Source of the DNA: an uncultured Gammaproteobacteria bacterium
GTDB lineage: Bacteria > Pseudomonadota > Gammaproteobacteria > Francisellales > CACEW01
Assembly (NCBI GenBank): GCA_964539235.1
Contig: CAZIIK010000045.1
Location: forward strand, 1 to 45,934
Reading direction: 5' to 3'
DNA length: 45,934 nt
Part shown: in pieces, positions 10,425 through 21,227 of the stretch
Position numbering within the stretch: the first letter of the stretch is position 1
Layout of the letters: each line of letters starts with the position of its first letter
Position numbers and translations under genes: made by a program
Notes under the pieces: model-generated
Told to the model about the DNA's origin: nothing
Database searches by the model: none
Seen by the model: only the letters and a program-made list of their open reading frames with translations

Positions 10425-11762
10425 TTAGGTACCACCGCCACCAGGCATTGTGCGCTTCACACTCAAACACCCCCGCAAGAAAGGCCCATAAGTTGAGAAC
10501 TCATGCTCTGGATAAGAGCCATTTAAACGCTCAGCCACAATGGAGTCCAACTCCTCAATATCTAAGCTATTGCGAATCTCTCCAAAAGGGTCTTCACCAC
10601 TATGATAATAGTCATATTCGACATTGCCCAGGGCCATGCCAGAATCCGAATAACCTTCTTCGATTAATACATTTTGAAATAAGAAAACGAGTTTCTTGAG
10701 TTCACGCAACTCGGTAATAATACTGGGAGCACGCCGAATGGTTGGAGAGCCTTCAATTAAAGTGGGATATCCTAATGAATAATAAACAGAGATATCTTCT
10801 AGTCCTTCACTCAAGCAATAAGGCCGCATGATGATCGGCGCATAATCTTTTAGTAGATAAACTTCGGTATAGGCTTTTTCCAACAATAAAGAAGGCAATG
10901 CATCTTGGCGTTCGGCTACTATTTTATAGCCAGGCGCACTGCCAACTGCAATATTAAATAAATGCTTGACAGTATCGGTCATATAAGGACCTGGCTTCAG
11001 ATTTTTAGCGCGCACAACCTGGCAGAAACGTTCCCATGAACGTGTACGATCCCAACGCGCAGCATGGGTATAACTGTCTTTCCATGCTTTCCTCAACAGG
11101 TAGTTATGAAAGGCCAGCCAAGCCGTATCCTGCCTCGCCTGAAACCACTCTTTTGGAAAGAACAAGACTTTTGAAACCCAGGGATCTTCTTGCTTAATAC
11201 CAGAGTCAATACGTTTAAACACATCCCAATGTTCAGATAAATTAGAAGGCGGTGGATCGCTAAATCCAAAAGTCGTATTAAGACGTTTGTGCGAACGCGT
11301 GTCTGTCACCTTAGGCAACATGAATACCGAACGTGCACCTGCTGTTACTTGTGTTGTGGAACGATCAACACGTAACCCCGCCAAAGGTTCTAATACGGCA
11401 GAAAAACCAAACATTTCTCCTTCCGACACCATTTTTAATGGGATCGTGCGTTCATACATCGAATAAAACTGTTCCGATTCCTTACTCAATTGAAAACACA
11501 GAGCACCCGAGTGCACTAATTGAGCTGTTTCAGCTGATACTTCAGCAGTAGCTTCAGATATACACACACGCCCATGGTCCATAATCATCTCACCGTAACG
11601 GTAAGTACCAAGCACCAAGGGAAATTGATGATCAGGAGAAATAGCATCAATCAAATGCGCTAAATCAGCATTCACGACTTCCATATCAGCACGCACATCC
11701 TCCCAACACACGGAAGACATTGACATACGCATACCTGATTGAAGTTCGGGTTGATTCGTCAT
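10425..11762 (-). CDS. hypothetical protein with an N-terminal cNMP-binding-like (cupin) segment
   Basis: 445-aa ORF starting 3 nt after the kinase stop (11766). The segment GEMFGFSAVLEP...RSTTQVTAGARSVFMLPK resembles the core of a cyclic-nucleotide-binding fold. I do not recognise the remaining ~280 aa. Confidence 0.7.
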   Translation of the reverse strand: MTNQPELQSGMRMSMSSVCWEDVRADMEVVNADLAHLIDAISPDHQFPLVLGTYRYGEMIMDHGRVCISEATAEVSAETAQLVHSGALCFQLSKESEQFYSMYERTIPLKMVSEGEMFGFSAVLEPLAGLRVDRSTTQVTAGARSVFMLPKVTDTRSHKRLNTTFGFSDPPPSNLSEHWDVFKRIDSGIKQEDPWVSKVLFFPKEWFQARQDTAWLAFHNYLLRKAWKDSYTHAARWDRTRSWERFCQVVRAKNLKPGPYMTDTVKHLFNIAVGSAPGYKIVAERQDALPSLLLEKAYTEVYLLKDYAPIIMRPYCLSEGLEDISVYYSLGYPTLIEGSPTIRRAPSIITELRELKKLVFLFQNVLIEEGYSDSGMALGNVEYDYYHSGEDPFGEIRNSLDIEELDSIVAERLNGSYPEHEFSTYGPFLRGCLSVKRTMPGGGGT

Positions 11763-11765
11763 GTG

Positions 11766-14057
11766 CTAACTTCCCTCATCAACCATGTTAGATAGACTGC
11801 GGAAAATATACTTCTTCAACAATGCCTCAAAGTCTTTTTGTAACACTGGCTTCGTTAAATAATCATTCATTCCTGCATCGATACTTTGGCGTTCATAGTT
11901 TTGAAACACATGCGCAGTCAATGCAATAATGGGAACAGGATGTGCCAAGTCAGACTCTTTCTCCCGCAAGGCACGCGCAATATCGAAACCACTCATGTCG
12001 CCTAAACCAATATCAACGAAAATAATGTGGTACTCACTTTCAGCATAGGCCGTTAAAGCCTCTTGTCCTGAGGAAACCACATCCACTGTACAGCCAAAAC
12101 CTTCCAACATAGCTGCCGAGACTTGCTGAGAAGCAAGGTCATTCTCAACCAACAAAACTCTAACCTCATGCATGGCCTTAATTCGACGTTGCCTAGAAGC
12201 CAATAACCACGCATCCCAAGAATCTTTTAATTGCATCGCAAACTGTGTATTAGAAAGCGGTCGGCGAAACAGTGCAAAGAAACCATACTTTTTTAGCAAC
12301 TTAACGTTTAATTGGTCACCCGCATGACACAGCAAAATGAATAATTTATTGGGCACATATATCCGTTGTGCTAAAGCGCAGGCGCTGTCCGTATCTTTTA
12401 AATCAACCAGCACAACTTGCTCCGGTTGCCGGCCAATCGCTTCTGCATCTAGCTGTTCAAGATTTTGCGTCATCAAATTCAATTCAACTGGCGCATTCTG
12501 TGTGAGTTCAGATGCCACAACTGCATCATCGCTCAACCAAAGCACACGCAGTCGAGAGCTTGCCAGTGCCAGCATGGCTTCCTGCACATTTTCTTCCGGA
12601 ACACCGGCTAAAAAAGTCACTGTAAGGGTAGAGCCTTCACCTTCAACACTGTCAACGGATACAGTCCCACCCAAACGATCAACCATATTTTTCACAATAC
12701 TTAGACCTAATCCCAGGCCTTCAAACTGCCCCAGGTAAACTGGGTCTAAGCGGGTAAAGCGCTCAAAAATGTAAGCTTTCTTATCTTTGGGGATTCCAAA
12801 ACCTGTGTCCTTAACAACAATCACCACCTGCTTATCACGAGATGTACCAATGGTTTCGAAACGCACCTGAATATCAATGCGACCAGATTCTGTGAATTTT
12901 ACTGCATTGCCCACCAAATTACCGAGAATACGACGTAAAGCACCAATAGATGCCATGACTTCATGTGGTCCATCAGTTGGATAATCAACATTCAATGTGA
13001 CATTCTTTTGCTCACACTGAAAGGTCATCATATGCGCTACGTCATAGACGATTTGGCGAATATCACACAACTCATGCTCGACAATACATTGACCTGATTC
13101 AATTTTCATAAAGCTCATAATATCTTCGACCAAACTCAACAGTGCTTGCCCCGAACGGTGCACCGCATCCATAAATGCTTCCTGCTCTGGGTAATGATCT
13201 CGCTGCATGAGAATTTATGTTGCACCAATCATAGAATTCAACGGAGTGCGCAAATCATGGCTCATACTAGCAATAAAATCTGATTTCACACGGTTGGCCT
13301 CTTCAGCCCGGTCTTTAGCTTCACGCAACTCTTCTTCCAAATTCTTTAAACGCGTGATATCAACAGAATTTCCTACGATACCCATGATCTTGCCCTTGGC
13401 ATCACGTAGCGGCATCTTGACTGCCATAAATGTACAAAAAGAACCATCCGCCAATTCAACCGGTTCTTCAATGGTCATGGCCTTACCTTCTGCCATCACT
13501 CTTTGATCGTGCTCACGAAATAAAGGAGTCTCATCTAAACCATGTAGCTCAGGATCTGTTTTACCCACGATAGCAGCTGGCGAAGGCAAACCAATAATAT
13601 CTGCCATGTACTGATTACAGCCTAAATACACGCCATTCAAATCTTTCCAATAAATGCTTCCAGGCGTACACTCAACAACACCGACTAGCACACTATCCAT
13701 ATTCTGCACCGCTCGGACAGCTTCTGGCTGTTCTAATCGACCAACAAATAAAACTTGATCATTTTCGACGACATGCGGCGGCTGCCAAATAATACAAGTA
13801 TCATGCAACTCAATTTGCTGTCTAAACACAGCGTTCAACTGTCCTGACTGGTAGCGTTGCCAAAGATCCACCACGTTGAGTGCTTTAGACATGTCACTCA
13901 TCGCCATGCCTAAGACAACTGGTACGCCCCACTCCGAAAACTGCTGCTGACAAGAGGCCGAAACCGCGGATAGTTTTCCCTCTAAATCACACAACAAAAC
14001 CCAATCCTGTGTGACTGATAACCAGATTTCTAAGGCGGAACGTTGAACGCTTTCCAT
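11766..14057 (-). pseudogene. hybrid sensor histidine kinase (2x PAS - HisKA - HATPase - receiver) interrupted by one in-frame TAA at 13215..13217
   Basis: ORF 13215..14057 ends ...[25 protein letters not shown]. Two codons later, in the same frame, ORF 11766..13208 continues IL-MQRDHYPEQEAF...GNLVGNAVKFT...DTGFGIP...GLGLGLSIV, then a receiver (IIFVDIGLGDMSG...LTKP). The stop lies inside the HisKA dimerisation helix. Confidence 0.85.
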
Positions 14058-14177
14058 AAGCTGCCCCCAAACTACAAAAATTTCAGAAGACCATCAGCAC
14101 ACACGTGTGCAAATGCAAAAACTCGCTCAATATACCGAATTATCGGCAATGGGTATATCCCAGGCACTCTAAAAAAA

Positions 14178-15827
14178 TCACATCCGAACCACTCGCTCCA
14201 TACGCTCGACAATACCTGCAGGTTTATGGGTAATCCAAATAACCGTTTTCCCTTGTGAGCGCTGAAAAATTTCATCGATTATGGTTTGTGCTGTCGCCAC
14301 ATCAAGCCCCTCGGTTGGTTCATCCAACAACCAAATGGGTCCATCATGCAGAAAAACGCGCGCTAATGCCAAACGACGCAACTGCCCACCCGAAAGCCCA
14401 ACACCGTGCTCACCCAACCAGGCCTCCAACCCATCTGGCAGAGCCGCAACAACCGTGTCTAAACCAACAGCTGCAAGCACGCGCCACAGTTCCTCGTGAC
14501 TAGCATCCGGCAATGCTACAGATAAATTTTCACGGATCGTACGATTAAAGATATGTGCCGATTGTTCATGCGCGTAAAACAGCGCACGTAAAGATCGACG
14601 ATCAAATTTCACCAACGGTACACCACCCACACATAAACGACCGTGTTGAGGTAATACGAACCGTGTCAACAATTGAATTAAACTTGATTTTCCGACGCCT
14701 GTGGGCCCTAAAATTGCAACCCGTTAACCCGAACGCAAGGTCAAATTAAAATTTTGTAGAACCGGTGTCTGCATATGATAAGCAAAATCAATTTGCTCAA
14801 ATGTGATACTAAAATCTTGTGGTTGCTGAGCTGTCTGCTCAGGATACAGAATTTCAACGGCATGATGTTTAATTTCTGAAAGACGCTGCGTTGCCGATAA
14901 CATTTGCCCCAAATACTGAAAGGCAACCGGCAAAACTTGCACCGCCTCATAAGCACCTAATACTGCCAAAGCCACCAATGCCAACATGGCCCCATTTAAC
15001 TGACCCGCGTGTACCATTGTCACCCCAAAGTAAAGCTCCACACTGACACTTAAGCCTGAAAACAATACTACACCTGCCTGCAAAGCTCCTTTAATCCACG
15101 CCATCTTCAGCTGTGCTGCAATCAACTGATCTGCATGACATGCAAAAGCACAACGTTGACGCGCCACACCCGAAAACATCAGTAATTCAGCCATACGCTG
15201 TATGGTCTCTATTAATTGGACATGCAAGGCCCGCGTTACCGTAATTAACTGAATACTGCGTTTTTTCCCCCAATACAATGCCCATAAGGGTAGTACCACA
15301 ATGGCAACCAACATCAGCAACAAAATGGCATTCGCGACCGGTGCAACATAGCCATGCAAAAACAGCCACAGCAAGAGCGCAACAACTAATGCCAACACCC
15401 ATGGCAACAGCACACGGATATACAAACCATCTAAAGTATTCACGTCTGTCACCATCCGATTCAAGAAATCTGTACGGCGCTCATGCGCCACAAAATTCGG
15501 CGCAACCGGCGTAATCCAATCAAAACACCACACTCGAATCTGCGTCAGAAAAAGAAAAGTTGTATCATGATTAACCACACGCTCACCATAACGTGCGGCA
15601 ATGCGTAGCAGTGCAAAGAAACGCACACCAACGCTGGGTAAGAAGTAATTGAACGAGGTTGCTGTAGCAATAGACAAACCGGCAAAAGCTGCCGCAGAAA
15701 TAAACCAACCCGACAGGGCCAACAAACTGACACCGGCAACTAATGTCAGCAGGCCTAATATCGCACCCGCCAGCGAACGCCAACGCATTTTCATCAACAA
15801 CAGTAGGAATTTCCCAAGCTCAAACAT
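14178..15827 (-). pseudogene. cydC: cysteine/glutathione ABC exporter CydC interrupted by one in-frame TAA at 14724..14726
   Basis: The TMD ORF (14724..15842) ends ...QNFNLTLRSG-TAA. The same frame continues RVAILGPTGVGKSSLIQLLTRF (Walker A) into ORF 14178..14672 (LSGGQLRRLALARV, WLLDEPTEGLD). Start taken at ATG 15827, overlapping the cydD stop (ATGTTTGA). Confidence 0.85.
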
Positions 15828-17589
15828 ATTGCCCAGCCTCACTTAATAAAGACTGAAAAACACCTGTAGATTGGCACAAGTCCTGATAAAGACCAATTTG
15901 CACAATTTTTCCAGCTTCCAACACAATGATCTGATCAAATTCACTGAGCAACTGCAATTGGTGCGTCAGCATAATCACGGTTTTATCGCGCCCTAATCCC
16001 ATCAAGGCTGACATAATATGATGCGTATGGGCCACGCCCAAGTGAGCCGTTGGTTCATCCAACAATACAATTGGCGCTGGTTTTAAATAAGCACGCGCCA
16101 AAGCCACTCGCTGCAATTTGCCGCCAGAAAGCCCTGTATTGCCTGAGGCAATCTGCGTATCCAACCCCGCCGATAAACCGGCAACACATTGCGCAACACC
16201 TGCTTTTTCTAATGCCGCATACAAACCTTCATCTGTCGCATCAGGCGCAGCTAAACGGAGGTTCTCTGCAATACTGCCGTGAAAAAAACCAGGGTTCTGC
16301 CCCAGCCATGTCACCTGTTCACGCCACTCGGTTAAATTGCAAGCCGATAGCGTCTGATTATCTATCTTCACAGAGCCTGCCGTTGGCAATAAAAAACCCG
16401 CCAAAACATTGAGCAATGTTGTTTTGCCTGCCCCACTGGCACCTACAATCGCGACACGCATGCCTGCGGTAATTGTCCATTCAATATTATGCAACGCTAA
16501 ATCCTGGCGATTAGGATACTGATAGCAAAGTTTCTGTAACTCAATATGTTGAAATACTTGAGGCTCAGCCGTAGTTGGTCGTGCCTGAGCCGAGACAATT
16601 GGATCAACAAGCGCCTGATGCAAAATGGGCAGAATTTCTTCAGCAGCCGCAACTGCTTCTGCACGTGCATGGTAATGCGTCCCTAATTCACGCAGTGGCA
16701 AATAAAATTCGGGGGCCAGCAGCAAAATGAACAAACCTGTCAATAAAGTCAGATGATGACCAGAAAAACCAAAATGGATATACCCCAAAAAACTTAGGCC
16801 CAGATAAGTTGCTAATAATGCAATCGAGACAGAGGCAAATAATTCCAGAACCCCAGATGATAAAAATGCAACTTTCAGCACAGACATAGTGGTCTGGCGG
16901 TAAGCATCTGAAACCTGAGAAACTTGTGCACGCGTACGGCCAATTGCATCGAATAAATGCAATGTCGATAACCCCTGCAAAATATCGAGAAAATGCTGAC
17001 TCATGCGCCCCAAAGCCACAAAGTTTTTTCGATTGAGCGCCGCCGCTCCCATACCAATTAGGGCCATAAAGATAGGAGTCAACGGCGCTGTTACCAACAA
17101 AATAATGCCTGCGACCCAACTCATGGGAAACACAATGCACAAAATGGTCACCGGCACCAACAGCACTAAGATCATCTGAGGTAAGTACTGCGCAAAAAAT
17201 GCTTGCAGCGCTTCAACTTCTTCCAGCAAGTGATGGCTTAAGCGTGGTGCATCGCCCAAAGTGCGCAAATGGGAAGGACCTAATTGATGAAGTCTATCCC
17301 ATAACTGCAGACGCACTCTATGCCGAATTGCAGCGCCTGCACGAAACGATAACCACTCACGTAAAATGCTACAAACAGCTCGCACACCGATAGGTGCGAA
17401 AAAGCACACAAAATATATCGACAAGTCGGCGACTGTTCGATGGTGAATAAAAGCGGCATCGACAACAAAAGCCAATACACCCGCCTGTAAGATAACCATC
17501 AAATTTGCAACACAGGCAACCAACACAGTGGCAATTAACCACCCCTTGGCATAGTTCGACTGCTGCATAAGCCATTTTGATGCTTTCAT
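15820..17589 (-). CDS. cydD: cysteine/glutathione ABC exporter CydD
   Basis: Fused TMD-NBD protein with GASGAGKTT (Walker A), LSGGKLQRVALARA and VLLDEPTAHL. Start taken at ATG 17589 (MKASKWLMQQ...), giving 589 aa. First gene of the cydDC pair. Confidence 0.85.
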   Translation of the reverse strand: MKASKWLMQQSNYAKGWLIATVLVACVANLMVILQAGVLAFVVDAAFIHHRTVADLSIYFVCFFAPIGVRAVCSILREWLSFRAGAAIRHRVRLQLWDRLHQLGPSHLRTLGDAPRLSHHLLEEVEALQAFFAQYLPQMILVLLVPVTILCIVFPMSWVAGIILLVTAPLTPIFMALIGMGAAALNRKNFVALGRMSQHFLDILQGLSTLHLFDAIGRTRAQVSQVSDAYRQTTMSVLKVAFLSSGVLELFASVSIALLATYLGLSFLGYIHFGFSGHHLTLLTGLFILLLAPEFYLPLRELGTHYHARAEAVAAAEEILPILHQALVDPIVSAQARPTTAEPQVFQHIELQKLCYQYPNRQDLALHNIEWTITAGMRVAIVGASGAGKTTLLNVLAGFLLPTAGSVKIDNQTLSACNLTEWREQVTWLGQNPGFFHGSIAENLRLAAPDATDEGLYAALEKAGVAQCVAGLSAGLDTQIASGNTGLSGGKLQRVALARAYLKPAPIVLLDEPTAHLGVAHTHHIMSALMGLGRDKTVIMLTHQLQLLSEFDQIIVLEAGKIVQIGLYQDLCQSTGVFQSLLSEAGQYV

Positions 17590-17678
17590 ATAATTACCTG
17601 AATACGCACAGAAGTCTCTATCAGAAACAAAAAAGCCCGCACCTAAAGGCACAGGCTTTATCGCTGGACAAGGTCAGA

Positions 17679-19364
17679 TTACGCTTTACCGTCGTCAGCC
17701 ACTTTATCCATTTTCTCTTTAATCAAATCACCAATCGTTGTGGAAGAAAGTGCTTCTGCTTGCTGCTCACGATATTGCTTAGCTGCTTCGCGTTCTTCAC
17801 CTTCTGAAATCGCACGGATCGACAAGTTAGCTTGATTCTTTTTACGATCAAAGCCAGTAATCATCACTTCAACTTCGTCACCGGCCTTGAAGTGTTGACG
17901 AGCATCTTCCACGCGCTCCTGGCTAATATCGGACGCACGCAAGTAACCTCGTGTATCTTCATCCAGCTCAAAGTGAACACCTGCTTCTTCAACTTCGGAT
18001 ACTTTAGCTTTGACCACGACATTACGTTTTTCTGAGTACTTCGCCACAGGATCATCCGCTAGTTGCTTAATACCCAGAGAAATACGACCACGTTCTACGT
18101 CAATCGCCAATACTAATGCTTCGACTTCATCGCCTTTGTTGTAATCGCGCACGGCTTCTTCACCGGGTTTCGACCAGGACAAATCAGACAGGTGAATCAA
18201 ACCGTCGATACCGCCTGCAACCCCCAGGAATACACCAAAGTCTGTGATGGATTTAATCTGACCAGATACTTTATCACCCACTTTATATTGGCTGGAGAAT
18301 GACTCCCATGGGTTCTCGATGCATTGTTTTAGACCCAAGGAAATACGACGACGCTCTTCATCAATATCGAGCACTATCACATCAACCTCTTGGTCTAGCT
18401 GAACCACTTTATGTGGGTTTACGTTCTTGTTAGTCCAATCCATTTCAGAAACGTGTACCAGACCTTCAATACCGTTCTCAATTTCAACAAAGCAACCGTA
18501 ATCTGCAATGTTGGTCACCTTACCGTGAACACGCTTACCTTCTGGATAACGTTGAATGACATCCATCCACGGATCACCTTCCAACTGTTTCAGACCCAGC
18601 GATACACGCTTACGTTCTTTTTCGAACTTCAGCACACGGACCTTAATTTCATCGCCAACGGCCATCATTTCACTTGGATGATGAATACGTTTCCATGCCA
18701 TATCGGTGATATGCAACAAGCCATCGATACCCCCTAAATCTACAAAGGCACCATAATCGGTTAGGTTTTTCACCACACCTTGGATTTCATCGCCTTCCTG
18801 CAGGCTTTCTAACAATGCTTCACGTTCTGCGCTGCTTTCTTGCTCAATAACCGCACGACGAGAAACAACAACATTATTGCGTTTGCTATCAATTTTGATC
18901 AGCTTCAGATCAATCGGTGCTTCTTCTAAGAAGGTCGTATCTTTTAATGGGCGCACATCAACCAAGGAACCCGGCAAGAATGCACGAATACCATTTAAAT
19001 CAACCGTAAAACCACCTTTCACTTTACCGGTAATCATACCTTTGATTGTTGCACCAGTTTCATTGGCTTCTTCAAGTTCACGCCACATTTGTGCACGTTT
19101 CGCTTTCTCTCGTGACAAGCGGGTTTCACCAAAACTGTCTTCAACCGTGTCAAGTACAACCTCAACCGTATCACCTACGGCAATCTTGAATTCACCATTT
19201 TCTAGAAACTGCTCAACGGGAATTACCGCTTCAGATTTCAAACCTGCGTCTACCAGCACATGCCCGTTGTCTATCTTCAATACAACGCCTTGGACTAGGT
19301 AACCAGAACGCATTTCAACGCCTGCCAAACTCTCTTCAAAAAGTTCTGCGAAACTTTCACTCAT
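17679..19364 (-). CDS. rpsA: 30S ribosomal protein S1
   Basis: Start at ATG 19364 ([13 protein letters not shown]...), 561 aa with six S1 repeats. Typical cmk-rpsA arrangement. Confidence 0.95.
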   Translation of the reverse strand: MSESFAELFEESLAGVEMRSGYLVQGVVLKIDNGHVLVDAGLKSEAVIPVEQFLENGEFKIAVGDTVEVVLDTVEDSFGETRLSREKAKRAQMWRELEEANETGATIKGMITGKVKGGFTVDLNGIRAFLPGSLVDVRPLKDTTFLEEAPIDLKLIKIDSKRNNVVVSRRAVIEQESSAEREALLESLQEGDEIQGVVKNLTDYGAFVDLGGIDGLLHITDMAWKRIHHPSEMMAVGDEIKVRVLKFEKERKRVSLGLKQLEGDPWMDVIQRYPEGKRVHGKVTNIADYGCFVEIENGIEGLVHVSEMDWTNKNVNPHKVVQLDQEVDVIVLDIDEERRRISLGLKQCIENPWESFSSQYKVGDKVSGQIKSITDFGVFLGVAGGIDGLIHLSDLSWSKPGEEAVRDYNKGDEVEALVLAIDVERGRISLGIKQLADDPVAKYSEKRNVVVKAKVSEVEEAGVHFELDEDTRGYLRASDISQERVEDARQHFKAGDEVEVMITGFDRKKNQANLSIRAISEGEEREAAKQYREQQAEALSSTTIGDLIKEKMDKVADDGKA

Positions 19365-19453
19365 AATATTAATACCTTTGACCGAATGGTCTTTGCTAAT
19401 GTTGGCTTCGAAAAAAACCAACTGAATTGTTTAAAGTTACATTCGCGAGATTG

Positions 19454-20158
19454 CTAAACAGGACGTGCAACCTCACCCCAAATATCTACCGCTTTACGAT
19501 AAATCCACTGAACGACTTCTGTTACGTCCATCTCTGTAGTGTCCAACATCAATGCGTCTTCAGCCGGCTTTAATGGCGCTGCAGCTCGACTCATATCGCG
19601 TTGATCACGCACAATGATATCTCGCAAAAGGTGCGACATGTTAACACCGATACCCTGTGCAAGCAACTGCCGATGGCGACGCACAGCACGCACCTCAGGG
19701 GATGCCGTCATATAAATTTTCAACGGCGCATGCGGAAAAACCACTGTCCCCATATCCCGACCATCGGCCACCAAACCAATATCGGTTAGAAAATTACGCT
19801 GGCGTTGCAATAAAGCCGCACGCACGGCTGGGTAAGCAGAAATCGTTGAGGCAGTACTACTACAAGCTTCTGTACGCAACTCTAATGTGACAGGCTGACC
19901 TTCTAAAAACACATCTGGATCCGCATGGGAGGCTTCCATTTTAAATTCAACATCCAACGTACTGGCGACTTCAACCAATGCACAAATATCTTCTAAATCT
20001 ATTTTCTTCTGCATCGCAGCATAGGCCGTTAAGCGATATAGGGCACCACTATCAAGGAAATCCCACCCCAACTGATATGCCAATTCACGACTCGCTGTAC
20101 CTTTACCTGCACCACTGGGTCCATCAATGGTAATGAGTTTTAATGATGTTTTATCCAT
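19454..20158 (-). CDS. cmk: cytidylate kinase
   Basis: MDKTSLKLITIDGPSGAGKGTASRELAYQLGW...LDSGALYR. The track ORF is extended upstream into serC; I chose ATG 20158 (alternative 20164). Confidence 0.9.
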   Translation of the reverse strand: MDKTSLKLITIDGPSGAGKGTASRELAYQLGWDFLDSGALYRLTAYAAMQKKIDLEDICALVEVASTLDVEFKMEASHADPDVFLEGQPVTLELRTEACSSTASTISAYPAVRAALLQRQRNFLTDIGLVADGRDMGTVVFPHAPLKIYMTASPEVRAVRRHRQLLAQGIGVNMSHLLRDIIVRDQRDMSRAAAPLKPAEDALMLDTTEMDVTEVVQWIYRKAVDIWGEVARPV

Positions 20159-21227
20159 GACCATATTGCCTCTCAAATTCTTGCATAAACGCAACCAGCG
20201 CCTGCACACCTGACAATGGCATTGCATTGTATAGGCTGGCGCGAATGCCGCCCATACTACGGTGACCACCTAGATTCAGCAAGCCTGCCTCAGCAGCTTT
20301 GCCTAAAAACACGTGTTCCAACTCGAGCGTGGGCAAACGAAATACTACATTCATTTTGGAGCGCCAAGCCACATCCACTGTATTATGGTAGAACGCACTA
20401 TTATCAATGCAGGCGTACAGGTACTGGGCTTTGGCCATATTGTGTTGTGCCATTGCTGCTAAGCCGCCTTGCTGCTTTAGCCATTGCAAAACCAATCCCA
20501 CTACATACCAAGCAAAAGTTGGTGGCGTGTTATACAAAGAACCTTTGTCAGCATGATTCTGGTAAACATAAGTCGCCGGCGTACCAGGCAATGCAGATTG
20601 AGCAAGATCTTTGCGCACGATCACCACAGTTACACCTGCAGGTCCCAAATTCTTCTGAGCGCCCGCGTAGATAACACCAAAGTCCTCCGTTTTAAGGGGC
20701 TCAGACAGCAAAACTGACGAAAAGTCACCCACCAGTGGCACGCCAGAAATATACGGATATTCCGGCAAACAAACCCCATCGATCGTCTCATTAGGTGTGC
20801 AATGCAGATAATCCATAGCAGGCAGCTCGAGTTTCCCCGCATTCAATGCTGACAATTGATCTACCGGTAACACATAAACAGCGCCATATCGCTTGGCCTC
20901 AGCAATCGCCTTTTGTGACCAATAACCACTATCGACATACAGTGACTGTTTTTGGGCACCATATAGATTCAATGGCACCATGGAAAACTGCGCAGTCGCA
21001 CCGCCTTGGAGAAATAAAATATGATAGTCATCTGACAAACCCAACAAATCAGCCAGATCTTTTTTAGACTCTTCTACCACTTCCATAAAAGCATCACTGC
21101 GGTGACTCACAGATAAAATCGATAAGCCAGAACCTTGCCAATCTACTAAAGCTTGTTGAGCTTGCGACAATACTGAATCGGGCAACACCGCCGGACCGGC
21201 TGAAAAGTTATACACTGGACCTTGCAT
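20151..21227 (-). CDS. serC: phosphoserine aminotransferase
   Basis: 358-aa [19 protein letters not shown]...; the GAQKNLGPAG PLP-lysine motif is present. Its ATG shares one base with the gyrA TGA. Confidence 0.93.
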   Translation of the reverse strand: MQGPVYNFSAGPAVLPDSVLSQAQQALVDWQGSGLSILSVSHRSDAFMEVVEESKKDLADLLGLSDDYHILFLQGGATAQFSMVPLNLYGAQKQSLYVDSGYWSQKAIAEAKRYGAVYVLPVDQLSALNAGKLELPAMDYLHCTPNETIDGVCLPEYPYISGVPLVGDFSSVLLSEPLKTEDFGVIYAGAQKNLGPAGVTVVIVRKDLAQSALPGTPATYVYQNHADKGSLYNTPPTFAWYVVGLVLQWLKQQGGLAAMAQHNMAKAQYLYACIDNSAFYHNTVDVAWRSKMNVVFRLPTLELEHVFLGKAAEAGLLNLGGHRSMGGIRASLYNAMPLSGVQALVAFMQEFERQYGHG

